Below are positions 9,269 to 19,257 of a stretch of 64,000 nt of DNA, piece by piece. A model generated the notes under the pieces. That model was given only the letters and a program-made list of their open reading frames with translations. It had not been told where the DNA came from and searched no databases. The DNA is from an uncultured Alphaproteobacteria bacterium (GTDB taxonomy: Bacteria; Pseudomonadota; Alphaproteobacteria; HIMB59; GCA-002718135): positions 7,564-71,563 of the forward strand of contig CACNUO010000001.1 of assembly GCA_902623585.1 (NCBI GenBank). Direction: 5' to 3'. A program made the position numbers and the translations under genes. Position 1 is the first letter of the stretch. The number at the start of each line of letters is the position of its first letter.

Positions 9269-9888
9269 GGCTTAGGAATTTCATAAAATTCACCTAGAGA
9301 ATTATATCCTTTAATAACAGCAGGTCTTATTGATATTTGTTCATACCATCTCAACACATTTGGATAATCATGCAAATTTATTTGATGTCTTTCATAACGA
9401 GCTGTCCAAGGCCAAATTGAAATATCAGCTATTGAATAGGTATCCGAAAAATATTCTTGTTTAGAAAGTCTTTTATCCAAAATTGAATATATATGTTGTG
9501 CATAGCCTTTTGTTTTATCTTCTGCAAATTTGCTTTTGCCAGGATGATAAAATAAATATTGATGAGCTTGGCCTAGCATTGGCCCAACGTAAGCCATTTG
9601 AAAAAAAACCCATTGTATTATTTCCCAATACTTATCTTTATTTAGAAATTTATCATATTTTTTTGCCAGATAAAGAAGGATAGCCCCGGATTCGAATACT
9701 GTTTGGTTGTTATCATTATCTACAATTACAGGAATTTTATTTGCAGGAGATATTTTTGAAAAATGTTCACTAAACTGCTCTTTTTTATCTAAATTTATTA
9801 AAATAGGATTAAAATCTACACCTAATTCTTCAAACATAATGCTAATTTTTCGACCATTAGGGGTAGGTGATGAATACAAATCAATCAT
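9265..9888 (-). CDS. Nu-class glutathione S-transferase (YfcG-like disulfide-bond reductase)
   Basis: MIDLYSSPTPNGRKISIMFEELG...ISPANKIPVIVD closely parallels the E. coli YfcG N-terminus (MIDLYFAPTPNGHKI...ISPNNKIPAIVD). Confidence 0.85.
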   Translation of the reverse strand: MIDLYSSPTPNGRKISIMFEELGVDFNPILINLDKKEQFSEHFSKISPANKIPVIVDNDNNQTVFESGAILLYLAKKYDKFLNKDKYWEIIQWVFFQMAYVGPMLGQAHQYLFYHPGKSKFAEDKTKGYAQHIYSILDKRLSKQEYFSDTYSIADISIWPWTARYERHQINLHDYPNVLRWYEQISIRPAVIKGYNSLGEFYEIPKP

Positions 9889-9928
9889 TTTTTTTAGAAT
9901 TTAATTAATTAAGAACTATATTCATAAT

Positions 9929-10162
9929 ATGCACGAGAATATAGATAATATTATTAAATTAGCCTGGTGCGATAAAACCTCTTTTGAAAAAATAAAAAGA
10001 ATTCACGGTGTAACCGAATCAGAGGTTATAAAAATAATGAGAACAAATCTGAAACCTAGATCATTTAAGTTATGGAGAACTAGAGTAACAGGGAGAACTA
10101 GAAAGCATGAAAAGAAAAGAAATCTATCCGAAAAATCATTTAAATATGAGAGTTATCTTTAA
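9929..10162 (+). CDS. DUF2805 / TIGR03643-family small protein
   Basis: 77 aa. AWCDKTSFEKIKRIHGVTESEVIKIMRTNLKPRSFKLWRTRVTGRTRKH matches the family signature as I recall it. Confidence 0.7.
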   Translation: MHENIDNIIKLAWCDKTSFEKIKRIHGVTESEVIKIMRTNLKPRSFKLWRTRVTGRTRKHEKKRNLSEKSFKYESYL

Positions 10163-10700
10163 AATATTAATTGTCAGTATAAGTCTTTTGTTTGCTAGTA
10201 AGATAGCATTAGCAGATCAAAATGATCCACGGCTAAATAATTTGTTTAAAAAATTAAATGAGACTGAAAATCAGGATGAGATAAGAGATTTGATATCTGA
10301 CATTTGGAATATTTGGTATGAAGTTGATGATCCAAAAGTAATTGAATATTTTGAGAAAGGTATTCAAGCTATGAATTTGAGAAATTATCCACTAGCAATT
10401 AGATTTTTTAATAATTTAATTGAAGAAGATCCTAATTTTGCAGAGGGTTGGAACAAGAGAGCAACAGTTCATTTTATGATGGGTAATTTTGATCAATCAA
10501 TGCAAGACATCATTAAAACTCTTGAATTAGAACCAAGACATTTTGGTGCTCTAGATGGAATGGGTCTAATTTTTATTCATCAAGGGCAGTTTCAACAGGC
10601 AATTGATGTATATGATAAGATGTTAGAGATTTTTCCTTTTAGTGTTAAAACTATGGATAAGAAAGAAAGAATACAATCGTTCATTTCTCAATCTACGTAA
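10146..10700 (+). CDS. secreted tetratricopeptide-repeat protein
   Basis: Track ORF 10107..10700. ATG 10146 gives the signal peptide MRVIFKILIVSISLLFASKIALA. TPR-like repeats are present (AIRFFNNLIEEDPNFAEGWNKRA..., AIDVYDKMLEIFP). Confidence 0.7.
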   Translation: MRVIFKILIVSISLLFASKIALADQNDPRLNNLFKKLNETENQDEIRDLISDIWNIWYEVDDPKVIEYFEKGIQAMNLRNYPLAIRFFNNLIEEDPNFAEGWNKRATVHFMMGNFDQSMQDIIKTLELEPRHFGALDGMGLIFIHQGQFQQAIDVYDKMLEIFPFSVKTMDKKERIQSFISQST

Positions 10701-11640
10701 TATCAAAAAATACTAATAATAAAGATAGTGTAAAAAAACTAACAAACGTACTTAATACTACATTTGAAGAAACAACAGCTTTTAGCGAATTATATCTATA
10801 TGCAAAATAATATGATTGTGAGCCACTTGGTAAAGCTGCTGCCATAGTAACAATAATTACCAAGAGACTATCAAGCTCTAATATAAAATGTGCTAAACAA
10901 AATGCAATTATAGGGTGAATAAAATTTTTTAAGATAGTTAATAGTATTGCACCATAAATATTTTCTCTAATTTTAAAATTTCCTAATGCAAGACCTAAAG
11001 AAATAAGAACCATTGGAAGCGCAAGGTTTACAAAAATATCTAAAGGCTGCTTCATAATAGATGGGACAATAAGGTTAGAGTAATTAAGAATGATTCCAAT
11101 TATCATTCCAAAAAGTACAATATTTTTAATTATACCTAATAATATTTGATAAAAAATTTCGACAATGCTTTTTTGTCTATTTCTATAAACTTCTATTATA
11201 ATAACAGTATAGCTAAAATGAACAATACCATGAAAAAAAACTAATATCATATAAGGAATTGTATTTATTGGGCCCAAAACTGCATACATAAGAGGTATTC
11301 CCATTGCTACTGTGTTACCAAAACAAGCAGCTAATCCAAAAAGTGCAGAGTCATCTGTTTTAAAATTTAAAAATTGTTTGCTAATTAAAAAACCAGTCAT
11401 GGATATAAAAATTCCTGAAGCAAAAAATGAGATGATCAGGCCAATAGAATTAATTTGTGGAAATGAGACTTGCCAAAAATATATAATTAAAGTTAAGGGT
11501 AAAAGAATGTTGAAACCTGTAAAATCAAAATAATCAATATATTTTTTTGGAAGTATTTGTAATTTATTTACAAAAAATCCAAAAAGGATATATCCAAATA
11601 CACTGCTAACTATATTTAATAAGTCAATCATTGAAATCAA
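10693..11640 (-). CDS. AEC (auxin efflux carrier) family transporter
   Basis: 315 aa, about 10 TM, two-lobed hydrophobic architecture with a central loop, typical of the Mem_trans/AEC family. Confidence 0.75.
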   Translation of the reverse strand: MISMIDLLNIVSSVFGYILFGFFVNKLQILPKKYIDYFDFTGFNILLPLTLIIYFWQVSFPQINSIGLIISFFASGIFISMTGFLISKQFLNFKTDDSALFGLAACFGNTVAMGIPLMYAVLGPINTIPYMILVFFHGIVHFSYTVIIIEVYRNRQKSIVEIFYQILLGIIKNIVLFGMIIGIILNYSNLIVPSIMKQPLDIFVNLALPMVLISLGLALGNFKIRENIYGAILLTILKNFIHPIIAFCLAHFILELDSLLVIIVTMAAALPSGSQSYYFAYRYNSLKAVVSSNVVLSTFVSFFTLSLLLVFFDIT

Positions 11641-12502
11641 AAAAATTATTTAAAAATTGAATTACGCTTTCTTCAATTATATTATTTTCATTAGAGTTTA
11701 AATTTTTAAAAAATTTGGAATTTTCGTCAAAACTTATATTAGGATTATTTAAGTTTCCTTTTATCAAAGTAGTTAAATATATTTCATTATTTTGAGATAA
11801 GTTTAAAATAATATCTATAAAATTATTACTGTAATTGTATACTCCTTTTATAAGAATTCTGTTGTTTTTATTACTAATTTCTATTTTGCTAGTTTCTAAT
11901 ATATTTTTATTTTTATTTATTGAGCCTTTAAAATTAGAACTTTCATTACCAAAAGCATTTATTAATTCAGAAAATGCGAATTTTTGATTTTTTTGATTTT
12001 CTAATTTTTCAAAGAATAATTTTAAAAATGTAATAAGAAATTTTTTTTCATTAGTTGTTTCTAAAGTTATTTTTCCATTAATTTTATAAATTGAGTCAAA
12101 TAAATTTTCTAAATTATCACTATATTTAAGATAATTTTCAATATAGTTTACTCTTCCATTAATATTTACTTCACTAAAATTAATATTATTAATATTCAAA
12201 TTATCAATTATAATATCTAAATTTCCTGAAACTTGAAATATGGGCTGAGAAATATCAATTCTAATATTATCAAAGTATAAATTATTTTTGTAATCTTTAA
12301 TTTCTAAGTTTGTGTTAAGCTTCACAATTGGAAAAATATTGATTTTAGTTTTATTTTTTTCATTAATTTTAATTTCAAATTTCTTTTCGATATCATTAAT
12401 TATTTTTTCTATTTCAAAATTATTTAGAAAAACATAAATAAAGATAGATAAAATTATTAATATAATTACTACTATATAAAAAAATAATCTAATTTTTTTC
12501 AT
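11624..12502 (-). CDS. hypothetical N-terminally anchored protein, extremely Asn/Ile/Lys-rich (possibly AsmA-like)
   Basis: An uninterrupted 292-codon ORF in very AT-rich sequence, which is unlikely by chance. It has an N-terminal TM helix (FFYIVVIILIILSIFIYVFL) and overlaps the downstream AEC gene start by 17 nt. I found no diagnostic motif. Confidence 0.55.
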   Translation of the reverse strand: MKKIRLFFYIVVIILIILSIFIYVFLNNFEIEKIINDIEKKFEIKINEKNKTKINIFPIVKLNTNLEIKDYKNNLYFDNIRIDISQPIFQVSGNLDIIIDNLNINNINFSEVNINGRVNYIENYLKYSDNLENLFDSIYKINGKITLETTNEKKFLITFLKLFFEKLENQKNQKFAFSELINAFGNESSNFKGSINKNKNILETSKIEISNKNNRILIKGVYNYSNNFIDIILNLSQNNEIYLTTLIKGNLNNPNISFDENSKFFKNLNSNENNIIEESVIQFLNNFFDFND

Positions 12503-12520
12503 ATATTAGATCGTAAAAAA

Positions 12521-14974
12521 CTAAATTTTTGTAAAATTATTTTCAGGATCATGCAATGGATTAAATTGAACAGACATAACATATTTATTTTTAGCAACTT
12601 CAACTTCAAAATTGCTGCCATTTAATTTTTTTAAATCTATTTCTGAATCTATGTATCCAAAGACCATATTTTTATTATAACAAAATGAGTAATTACTAGA
12701 AGTTGTTTCTCCCACAATTTTATTTTTATAATAAATTGGCTCATCATGTAATAAAAGTGGACTTCCTGGAGTAGATTTTTCTAAAACAAAATTTGTTAGT
12801 TGTTTCTTCTTAATTCTATTTTTTGTTTTTAAAGCTTCTTTACCTATAAAATCTGCTTTTTTATTTAATTTAACAATAAATTCTAATCCAGCTTCAAATG
12901 GGTTTTCAGCTGGTGAAATATCATGACCCCAATGTAAATATCCTTTTTCCATTCTCATGATATCAAGTGCATGAGCTCCAGCATGCGAAAGGTTATAGTT
13001 TTCTCCAATTTTAACTAACTTTAAATAAATTTCTTTAGATATATTTATAGGAACATAAATTTCCCAACCAAGTTCACCAATGTAAGATAATCTTTGAAAG
13101 ATTAATTTATTATTTTTCAATGATATTTCTTTAGCAGTTCCAAATTTAAACTTGTCGTTAGAAAAATTTTCTCCAAATATTTCTGTTAGAATTTCTCTAC
13201 TTTTGGGACCAAAAACACCAAAACAAGCTAAACTTTCAGTGATATCAATTAAAGTTGTGTTTTTACTTAGATTTTCTGAAATATGTTTTTTATCATGCTC
13301 TCTAACAGATGCACCTGTAACAACACGAAAAGAATCCTTATCAATACAAGTAACTGTTAAATCAGCAACAATGCCACCATTTGAATTAAGCATTTGCGTA
13401 TAAGTTATATGACCGGGATTATTTTTAATATCATTACAGCACAATCGTTGTAGATCGCTGAAGGCAGAGACTCCCTTAATTTCAAATTTAGCAAAGGCAC
13501 TTAAGTCAAATAAACCAACATTCTTTCTTGTATTTATTGTTTCATACTTTGCTGCATCATACCAATTTTGATAGCCATAACTATACTCATATTCTGGTTT
13601 CTTGCCATTTAGGGCATACCACATTGGTCTTTCGAAACCGGCCACTTGGCCAAAACATGCTCCTTTTATTTTCAAATCATCATGAAAAGGAAGAAGTTTA
13701 ATATTTCTCGAGGATTTATGTTGTTTATAAGGCCAGTGCATTGCATATAAATCTCCTAATGATTCAGTAACTCTTTCAGTTATAAATTTTGTCTCAGAGT
13801 GAAATTTTTCAAATCTTGAAATATCTAATGAGTAAAGATCGTCATTAACCTCACCGTTTATCATCCATTCTGCAGTTACTTTACCTGCACCACCAGCACT
13901 CTGAATACCAATACTATTAAATCCACAACAAACATAAAAGTTTTTTACCTCTGGTGTTTCTCCTAAAAGATAATTTGTATCTGGAGTAAAAGCTTCAGGA
14001 CCATTAAAAAATTTTCTTATACCTACATTTTCAAGGGCTGGTATTCTTTTCATAGCATTTTTTAAATGTGGTTCAAAATGATCAAAATCTTCAGGTAGTT
14101 CTCCAAAAGAAAAATCATTGGGCACTTTATACGTATCAGTAAATGCAGGTTTAGCTTTAGGCTCAAAAATTCCTACTAAAATTTTTCCAGCATCCTCTTT
14201 TAGATATAAGCAATTATTGTAATCTCTAAGAACTGGAAGTGATTTAGAAATTTCTTTTAATGGCTCACTTAATATATAGAAGTGTTCATTTGGATATAGC
14301 GGTATACTAACGTTAATATCATTTGCTATCTGCCTAGACCACATTCCAGATGCTAGAACAATATACTCACATTTAATTTTTCCATGTTTTGTATCTACAC
14401 CTTCTATTGATCCATTTTTAGTAAGGATTTTATTTACAGAACAATGTTCAAATATTTGAGCACCATACATTTTTGCCGATTTAGCAAGAACATTTGTTAT
14501 ACCAACAGGATCTGCTTGACCATCTTTTGGAATAAATATCCCACCAACAACATCATCAGTATTTATAAGAGAATAAATATCCTTAATCTGATTTTTTTCT
14601 AATTCATTAACTTCTATATTAAATCTTTGAGCAAAAGTAGCTTGCCTTTTTAATTCTTCTAATCGATCATTAGTTGTTGCAATAGTTAAAGAGCCGTTTT
14701 GCTTTAAACCTGTTGCTAATCCTGTTTCTTTTTCCAGGTCTTTATATAAATTTAACGAATAATTTCTAAGTTTTGTAATGGTTGCTGATGCACCAATCTG
14801 ACCAATTAGTCCTGCTGCATGCCAAGTAGTTCCAGAAGTTAATTGATCTCTTTCTAGCAAGATCACATCTTTCCAACCAAATTTTGCTAAATGATAAGCT
14901 ACAGAACATCCAGCTATGCCACCGCCTATTACAACTGCTTTTGCAGAAGTAGGAATTTTATTACTCATTTGCAA
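12521..14974 (-). CDS. dimethylglycine/sarcosine dehydrogenase family (FAD oxidoreductase fused to GcvT-like aminomethyltransferase domain)
   Basis: 817 aa. N-terminal FAD motif VVIGGGIAGCSVAYHLAK; C-terminal GcvT-like folate-binding domain (...GYLHWGHDISPAENPFEAGL...). Confidence 0.85.
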   Translation of the reverse strand: MQMSNKIPTSAKAVVIGGGIAGCSVAYHLAKFGWKDVILLERDQLTSGTTWHAAGLIGQIGASATITKLRNYSLNLYKDLEKETGLATGLKQNGSLTIATTNDRLEELKRQATFAQRFNIEVNELEKNQIKDIYSLINTDDVVGGIFIPKDGQADPVGITNVLAKSAKMYGAQIFEHCSVNKILTKNGSIEGVDTKHGKIKCEYIVLASGMWSRQIANDINVSIPLYPNEHFYILSEPLKEISKSLPVLRDYNNCLYLKEDAGKILVGIFEPKAKPAFTDTYKVPNDFSFGELPEDFDHFEPHLKNAMKRIPALENVGIRKFFNGPEAFTPDTNYLLGETPEVKNFYVCCGFNSIGIQSAGGAGKVTAEWMINGEVNDDLYSLDISRFEKFHSETKFITERVTESLGDLYAMHWPYKQHKSSRNIKLLPFHDDLKIKGACFGQVAGFERPMWYALNGKKPEYEYSYGYQNWYDAAKYETINTRKNVGLFDLSAFAKFEIKGVSAFSDLQRLCCNDIKNNPGHITYTQMLNSNGGIVADLTVTCIDKDSFRVVTGASVREHDKKHISENLSKNTTLIDITESLACFGVFGPKSREILTEIFGENFSNDKFKFGTAKEISLKNNKLIFQRLSYIGELGWEIYVPINISKEIYLKLVKIGENYNLSHAGAHALDIMRMEKGYLHWGHDISPAENPFEAGLEFIVKLNKKADFIGKEALKTKNRIKKKQLTNFVLEKSTPGSPLLLHDEPIYYKNKIVGETTSSNYSFCYNKNMVFGYIDSEIDLKKLNGSNFEVEVAKNKYVMSVQFNPLHDPENNFTKI

Positions 14975-14976
14975 TA

Positions 14977-15981
14977 TTATAGATAAAGATTTTCAGTATG
15001 AGTTTCAAAATAAAAATCTAAATCTTCTATATTTATTTCATCTATTGTTGATGGTTCCCAAATAGGATTATGATCTTTTGAAATTAGCACAGAATTTACA
15101 CCATTATCAAAGTCACTACGGTATACTATTTTTTGACTTAATTGAAATTCAGTTTCTAAACATTCTTTTAACGATTTACCTTTTGCATCATCTATAAGTT
15201 TAGTGCTTATCGCAAGACTCATTGGACATTTAGCTAAAAGAATATCTAAAATTTTTTTTGAAAACCCTGAGTTATGATTTTTTAAATTTGATATGATTTT
15301 TAGAATATTTCCATTGAATAGTTCATTTATTAATTTCATATTTTTAATTAGATATGTATCATTCTCTACTTCAAAATTATCGTGTAAAATTTCTCCTCTT
15401 GTAATAAATTTTTCTTTAACATCTTCTATTTTATTACTTTTAAAGTAGTGAGTTGCTAATCCGAAAAAAATTAATTCATTTAACCCTAAAACCTCACCCG
15501 TTAAACCAATATACTTACCAATGTTACCTGGAAGATTTGATAAAAAATAACTTCCACCAACATCTGGAAAAAAACCAATGGCAGATTCTGGCATTGCAAA
15601 TTTTGAATTGTCTGTTGCCAATCTGTGATCACCATAGATTGATAAACCAACCCCACCTCCCATTACTACACCATTCCAAATTGAAAGAAATTCTTTATTA
15701 AATTGGCTTATTAAATAATTAAGTTTATACTCAATTTTAAAAAAATCATGTTTTAAAGAGTTTTCTTTTCCAGCAAGAACAAGAGATTTTACATCACCTC
15801 CTGCACAAAAATGTTTACCTTCTCCAACTAACAATACTCTTAAAATGTTATCTTTTTCTTCCCATTCTAATAATTTGTCATGGAATTTTTTTGCCATTTC
15901 TAAATTGAGAGCATTTAAAGCTTTAGGACGATTTAGTTTAATGATTCCAGTTTGGTTAGTTTCTGAAAATACAATATCCAT
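14977..15981 (-). CDS. enoyl-CoA hydratase/isomerase family, 3-hydroxyisobutyryl-CoA hydrolase-like
   Basis: 334 aa. GIIKLNRPKALNAL...GEGKHFCAGGDV...MGGGVGLS crotonase motifs and an HIBCH-type C-terminal extension. Confidence 0.8.
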   Translation of the reverse strand: MDIVFSETNQTGIIKLNRPKALNALNLEMAKKFHDKLLEWEEKDNILRVLLVGEGKHFCAGGDVKSLVLAGKENSLKHDFFKIEYKLNYLISQFNKEFLSIWNGVVMGGGVGLSIYGDHRLATDNSKFAMPESAIGFFPDVGGSYFLSNLPGNIGKYIGLTGEVLGLNELIFFGLATHYFKSNKIEDVKEKFITRGEILHDNFEVENDTYLIKNMKLINELFNGNILKIISNLKNHNSGFSKKILDILLAKCPMSLAISTKLIDDAKGKSLKECLETEFQLSQKIVYRSDFDNGVNSVLISKDHNPIWEPSTIDEINIEDLDFYFETHTENLYL

Positions 15982-18053
15982 TAATTCTTTTTAAACTGCA
16001 AAACTTTATTAGAAAGACCCACTTCTTTTGCCTTTAATCTATTGATTTCATCTCGTAATCTTGCTGCATCTTCAAATTCAAGTTTTGAGGCAAATTCGTT
16101 CATTTTTTTCTCTAAATTTTTGATATGTTTATCAAGATCCTTACCAACTAATTCTTTAGCATTATCAATTTCAACTGTAACATGATCTTGTTCAGCTGTG
16201 TTCTCAATTATTTCTTGAATATTCTTTTTAATACTCATTGGCGTAATTTTATTTATTTTATTATATTCTAGTTGTTTAGTTCGCCTTCTATCTGTCTCTT
16301 CGATTGCCTCTTTCATACTAGTGGTAATGTTATCAGCATACATTAAGACTTTACTCTCAACATTTCTTGCAGCCCTACCAATAGTCTGAATTAAACTAGT
16401 TCTAGAACGAAGGTAACCTTCCTTATCAGCATCTAATATAGCCATTAAAGCACATTCAGGAATATCTAAACCTTCTCTTAGAAGATTTATTCCTACTAAA
16501 ACATTAAAAACTCCTAGTCTTAGATCTCTAATAATTTCTATTCTTTCTAATGTATCGATATCAGAGTGAAGATACCGTACCTTTAATCCTTCTTCATTAA
16601 TATATTCAGTAAGATCTTCGGCCATTTTTTTTGTCAGTGTTGTGATTAGAACACGATGACCTTTATCTATTGTCTTTTTACATTCATCAATTAAGTTATC
16701 AATTTGATGTTTAGTTTGCCTTATCTCAATTGGTGGATCAATTAAACCAGTTGGTCTAATTACTTGTTCAACAAAGGTACCACCTGTCTTTTCAAGTTCA
16801 TAATCTCCTGGCGTTGCACTTACAAATATAGTTTGTGGACGCATTGCATCCCATTCTTCTCTTTTTAAAGGTCTGTTATCAACACAACTTGGTAGTCTAA
16901 AGCCATATTGAGCTAAAGTTGATTTTCTAGAAAAATCACCTTTGTACATTCCTGCTATTTGACCACATGTCTGATGGCTTTCATCGATAAACAATAAAGA
17001 GTCTTCTGGAATATATTCATAAAGTGTAGGAGGAGGCTCTCCCGGCTGTCTTCCTGACAAATATCTAGAATAATTTTCAATACCACTACAACTTCCAGTA
17101 GTTTCCATCATTTCCAAGTCAAATGTAGTCCTCTCATCTAATCTTTGTCTTTCTAAGTATTTTTTTTCTTTTTCAAAAATCTCTAATTGTTTTTTTAGAT
17201 CATTTTTAATCATAGTAATCGCTTTTTTTATTGTTGGCTTTGGGGTTACATAATGAGAGTTTGCAAAGATTCTTATTTGTTCAAGTTCCCCAAGCTTCTC
17301 TCCAGTAAGTGGGTCTACTTGCGTTATACTCTCTATATCATCTCCAAACATAGAAATTTTCCAAGAAATATCTTCATAGTGAGAAGGGAAAATTTCTAAA
17401 ATATCTCCCTTAGCCCTAAAGCTACCTCTTCTAAAGTCCATGTCACGACGTTTGTATAAAAGTTCTACCAACTTTCTGATAATAATCTCTCTACTTATCG
17501 ATTGATTTTTGTCTAAAGTAAAAGACATTGAAGAATACGCATCAACTGATCCAATACCATAAATGCAAGAAACCGATGCTACTATGATTGTATCTCTTCT
17601 TTCCACTAAAGATCTAGTAGCTGAATGTCTTAGACGATCAATTTGTTCGTTTATTGAAGATTCTTTTTCAATATATGTATCCGTCCTTGGTACATATGCT
17701 TCTGGTGTGTAATAATCATAATAACTGACAAAATATTCAACAGCATTATTTGGAAACAAATTTTTCATTTCGCCATAAAGTTGCGCCGCTAATGTTTTGT
17801 TTGGTGCCATTATCAAAGTAGGTTTCTGTACTTTTTCAATTACTTTAGCCATTGTAAATGTCTTACCTGATCCAGTGACACCTAAAAGAACTTGTTCTTG
17901 TTCTCCTTCATTTAGACTTTTAACAATACTTTTAATTGCTTCAGGCTGATCACCACTTGGATTAAAATCACTCACAATTTTAAAAGGTGTTGTTATTTCG
18001 GAAGAGAGATGATGTTTTTTTTCTGCTTTATTCATTGATTCTAACATAATCAT
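15981..18053 (-). CDS. uvrB: excinuclease ABC subunit B
   Basis: GVTGSGKTFTMA Walker A, DESH box, helicase motifs, and C-terminal UVR domain LEFEDAARLRDEI. Alternative in-frame ATG starts lie at 18047 and 18035. Confidence 0.95.
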   Translation of the reverse strand: MIMLESMNKAEKKHHLSSEITTPFKIVSDFNPSGDQPEAIKSIVKSLNEGEQEQVLLGVTGSGKTFTMAKVIEKVQKPTLIMAPNKTLAAQLYGEMKNLFPNNAVEYFVSYYDYYTPEAYVPRTDTYIEKESSINEQIDRLRHSATRSLVERRDTIIVASVSCIYGIGSVDAYSSMSFTLDKNQSISREIIIRKLVELLYKRRDMDFRRGSFRAKGDILEIFPSHYEDISWKISMFGDDIESITQVDPLTGEKLGELEQIRIFANSHYVTPKPTIKKAITMIKNDLKKQLEIFEKEKKYLERQRLDERTTFDLEMMETTGSCSGIENYSRYLSGRQPGEPPPTLYEYIPEDSLLFIDESHQTCGQIAGMYKGDFSRKSTLAQYGFRLPSCVDNRPLKREEWDAMRPQTIFVSATPGDYELEKTGGTFVEQVIRPTGLIDPPIEIRQTKHQIDNLIDECKKTIDKGHRVLITTLTKKMAEDLTEYINEEGLKVRYLHSDIDTLERIEIIRDLRLGVFNVLVGINLLREGLDIPECALMAILDADKEGYLRSRTSLIQTIGRAARNVESKVLMYADNITTSMKEAIEETDRRRTKQLEYNKINKITPMSIKKNIQEIIENTAEQDHVTVEIDNAKELVGKDLDKHIKNLEKKMNEFASKLEFEDAARLRDEINRLKAKEVGLSNKVLQFKKN

Positions 18054-19257
18054 TTAGATAATTGTACTTTTCTAAAAAACTACCATCTGTTGTTATTGTT
18101 CCATTTAATATTCTTCCATCATCTTCTTTTAATAAAAAAGGAAGAACTTCGTTGATAATACCTTGACTAAATTCTGTACTTGAATCCCGTGGTAATTCAG
18201 ATGGTAAATTATCAACTGCCATAACAGCAATTCCATCATTATTTTCATCTATTTCTTTTAAATTATATCTTTCAATCCAATAATTTGGCTCCTCAATTGT
18301 TGTTGATCGTATTGTAGTTGGGACAGAGCCATTAATATCACAAGTAATATCGCCAACAATTTTTAGATTTTGTAAATCTTTTAAGTCTTTATTCTCAAAT
18401 ATTTTTGGAGAAGATGGTTCCCAGTAATGTGCGCTTATAAGTATATTAGTCTCCTTTAAATATTGTAACGCAGAACTCGAATAATCTTTAGGATTACTAA
18501 TAAAATGCTCAAGGTTAAAATTAGTGGAAGAATTATTTGTAACATAATCTTTAGTTTCCAAATTACAAAAAATAGGTTGATCAAATTTTTTTTCCAAAAA
18601 GTCTTTTTTTGATACTGCTTTAATATTTGTTTGATTCAAAAGTTCAATTACTCCTTTCGCAACTCTACCATCACCAGTAACTAGAATTTTAGTTTTAGGA
18701 AAATATAAATTTTTTAAATTTAATACTAATCTTTCATAATCATCAATTTTATAGGCACTAGCAAGAGATTGTTTTCCAAGTACTCTAAGTAATAAATTTA
18801 AAGTATTATAACAACCAACAATACCTGCAAATCTTCCAAAACCTAAACATCTTGTACCATTTTTACCTCTGATATTTTCATAATCAATCAAAGTAATTTT
18901 TTTATTTAAAATTGATAAGAGTAGGTCTTTCTTATGTTTTTCAATATTTTTTTGTTGTTTATTAATTTTAAAAGTGTGAGAAAAAAAAAGATATGTCCTA
19001 TTATTAATTAAAATATTTGGATCAATTTCTTTAACTCCGAATATGATTGAGCATTCATTTAAATTTTCATTAATTTTAGCACCACATAATTCATATTCTT
19101 CATCAGAAAAACATCTACTATTTGATGGCTGAATAATGAAATTAATATTCGGATTACTCTCTTTGTATTTTTTAATATGTTCTGGGACTAAAGGGGTTCT
19201 ATTTTCATCTTTTCTAGACTCTCTAACAATACCAATATTAATTAATTGATTATCCAT
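18028..19257 (-). CDS. saccharopine dehydrogenase, lysine-ketoglutarate-reductase-like (AlaDH/PNT N-domain family)
   Basis: 409 aa. INIGIVRESRKDENRTPLVPEHI...IQPSNSRCFSDEEYELCGAKI...GVKEI parallels the LKR half of the eukaryotic LKR/SDH enzyme. Confidence 0.7.
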   Translation of the reverse strand: MDNQLINIGIVRESRKDENRTPLVPEHIKKYKESNPNINFIIQPSNSRCFSDEEYELCGAKINENLNECSIIFGVKEIDPNILINNRTYLFFSHTFKINKQQKNIEKHKKDLLLSILNKKITLIDYENIRGKNGTRCLGFGRFAGIVGCYNTLNLLLRVLGKQSLASAYKIDDYERLVLNLKNLYFPKTKILVTGDGRVAKGVIELLNQTNIKAVSKKDFLEKKFDQPIFCNLETKDYVTNNSSTNFNLEHFISNPKDYSSSALQYLKETNILISAHYWEPSSPKIFENKDLKDLQNLKIVGDITCDINGSVPTTIRSTTIEEPNYWIERYNLKEIDENNDGIAVMAVDNLPSELPRDSSTEFSQGIINEVLPFLLKEDDGRILNGTITTDGSFLEKYNYLNDYVRINE

